DNA of 60,185 bases, filler included, from an uncultured bacterium (GTDB taxonomy: Bacteria > Auribacterota > CAZIXI01): the NCBI GenBank assembly GCA_964543115.1. It is 5 parts of 5 records of this genome, joined end to end, with 100 filler letters (N's around TTAATTAATTAA, not from the genome) between each part and the next. Parts side by side here need not be neighbours in the genome. Positions count along the whole stretch, not along the records: positions 48,391 to 60,185 come from CAZIXI010000093.1; 4 more parts are not named here. One strand, given 5' to 3'. Of the stretch, positions 59,253-60,185 are shown one piece after another (positions within the stretch are counted from its first letter, which is position 1; each line of letters opens with the position of its first letter). The position numbers were made by a program, and so were the translations under genes. Under the pieces are notes generated by a model. It worked only from the letters and a program-made list of their open reading frames with translations. It was not told where the DNA came from and ran no database searches.

Positions 59253-60185
59253 CCTCTAGCCGAACACAATCCGGCATAAGATACTTATCGGTTAGCTTCC
59301 ATCTAAAAATATTATCTCTTTCACAATAAATGAATCCCGATCTCTGCCAGAATTCTAAACAGGGTTTATTTCTCGACGTCGGAAAATATTCTGCGCGTAG
59401 CTCATTCAAACCCAATGATTCCGCATATTTAACAACTACAGAGAGCATTGCCTCTTCAATTCTTCTCCCCAGCACCCGGCAGCTCAAAATAAAGTCCACA
59501 ATCCTCCCAATACCATCTTTAATCTCCAGGCTAATAATACCTGTTAAGCCCGAATCTCCGAATTTATCGGAAACGCTAAAGGCCCAAAGCTTATGATCAA
59601 GCTGCTCTGCCCAGTTTAATAATTCCAATTCTGTCATGCGCCTGGTAGCAAGATTCATTTGATTTGTTTTATTAAATAACTGTATGGTCCTTGGCAAAAT
59701 AGCCTTAGCTAACTCTTCTACCTTTAGTTTCATCCCTAAACTCTTTAACCACTCATCCACCGACCCAATTTCCCTTTTAAATTCTTTCCGTTGCCTATCC
59801 GCAACATACATCTTTGTCTTTTTGGCGTCTTCCTTGCTCACTACAGGAGAATCAAAAGAGTGGAGACTAAGTAAAGTACTTTTATATAGCATCTTATCTT
59901 CAGGCCATTCCGGCACAAAGACCTCGGGCAATGCTTCCCTCACTCGCGCTCTCTCCACAGGATTATCGTCAATAAACACAACCGACTGCAGGCCAAGATT
60001 CAAATCGGCGGCCAATGCCGCTACATTCCCGGCCTTATCTTCCCAATTTATCCTCCAACCGGCAAAATCATTTAGCTTAAGCACCATTTCCGGATGTTTT
60101 TTTATCACTTCAAGGGCAAGGGCTTCTTCATTCTTACTGACAATGGCTAAGATAACACCCCGATTTGTTAAAGATTTAAGTGCAC
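59218..60185 (-). CDS. FkbH-like HAD-IIIC protein (5' end beyond window)
   Basis: Frame is open to the window edge: RGVILAIVSKNEE, INWEDK, VFIDDNPVER, KTNQMNL, DKFGDSG, LSCRVLGR. Confidence 0.93.
   Translation of the reverse strand, partial: ALKSLTNRGVILAIVSKNEEALALEVIKKHPEMVLKLNDFAGWRINWEDKAGNVAALAADLNLGLQSVVFIDDNPVERARVREALPEVFVPEWPEDKMLYKSTLLSLHSFDSPVVSKEDAKKTKMYVADRQRKEFKREIGSVDEWLKSLGMKLKVEELAKAILPRTIQLFNKTNQMNLATRRMTELELLNWAEQLDHKLWAFSVSDKFGDSGLTGIISLEIKDGIGRIVDFILSCRVLGRRIEEAMLSVVVKYAESLGLNELRAEYFPTSRNKPCLEFWQRSGFIYCERDNIFRWKLTDKYLMPDCVRLEGEMYEDQEQVA

Overview
Draft-assembly window: five contigs joined by four 100-bp placeholder gaps (N44-TTAATTAATTAA-N44), plus one 10-N run. It comes from a diderm, probably anaerobic PVC-superphylum bacterium, most likely Ca. 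Omnitrophota. That assignment is inferred from the giant genes, an H-X9-DG prepilin and the kdsD-kdsC-lpxL-lptC/A-lptB-hpf-hprK-ptsH-ptsI gene order. The ORF track misses the largest feature: a single minus-strand ORF from 10578 running off the left edge (at least 3526 codons; I read every codon in that frame and found no stop). It has a signal peptide, TPR-like helical regions and a twice-repeated membrane-hairpin/LPxxGM/polybasic junction, and lies directly downstream of a prepilin. A second giant ORF (at least 2289 aa, 5'-truncated) strings together an ABC1/UbiB kinase, a HExxH domain, an M48 peptidase and a second ABC1 kinase. The middle is a housekeeping block (Kdo/LPS export with an in-frame LpxL-LptC-LptA ORF, PTS regulatory genes, metK, ahcY, comF), followed by a TorT-like sensory module, a sugar porter with a GH15, and an ABC-2 system. 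The right end is an AT-richer surface-glycan cluster containing FkbH, a double-hotdog-dehydratase/SDR fusion and a GNAT, which may be a lactyl/glyceryl-ACP glycan-acylation pathway. Many gene junctions carry short-period repeat arms, MITE-like or REP-like palindromes. I recognised no rRNA, tRNA, CRISPR array or transposase. All family calls come from reading motifs by eye; no database searches were run.
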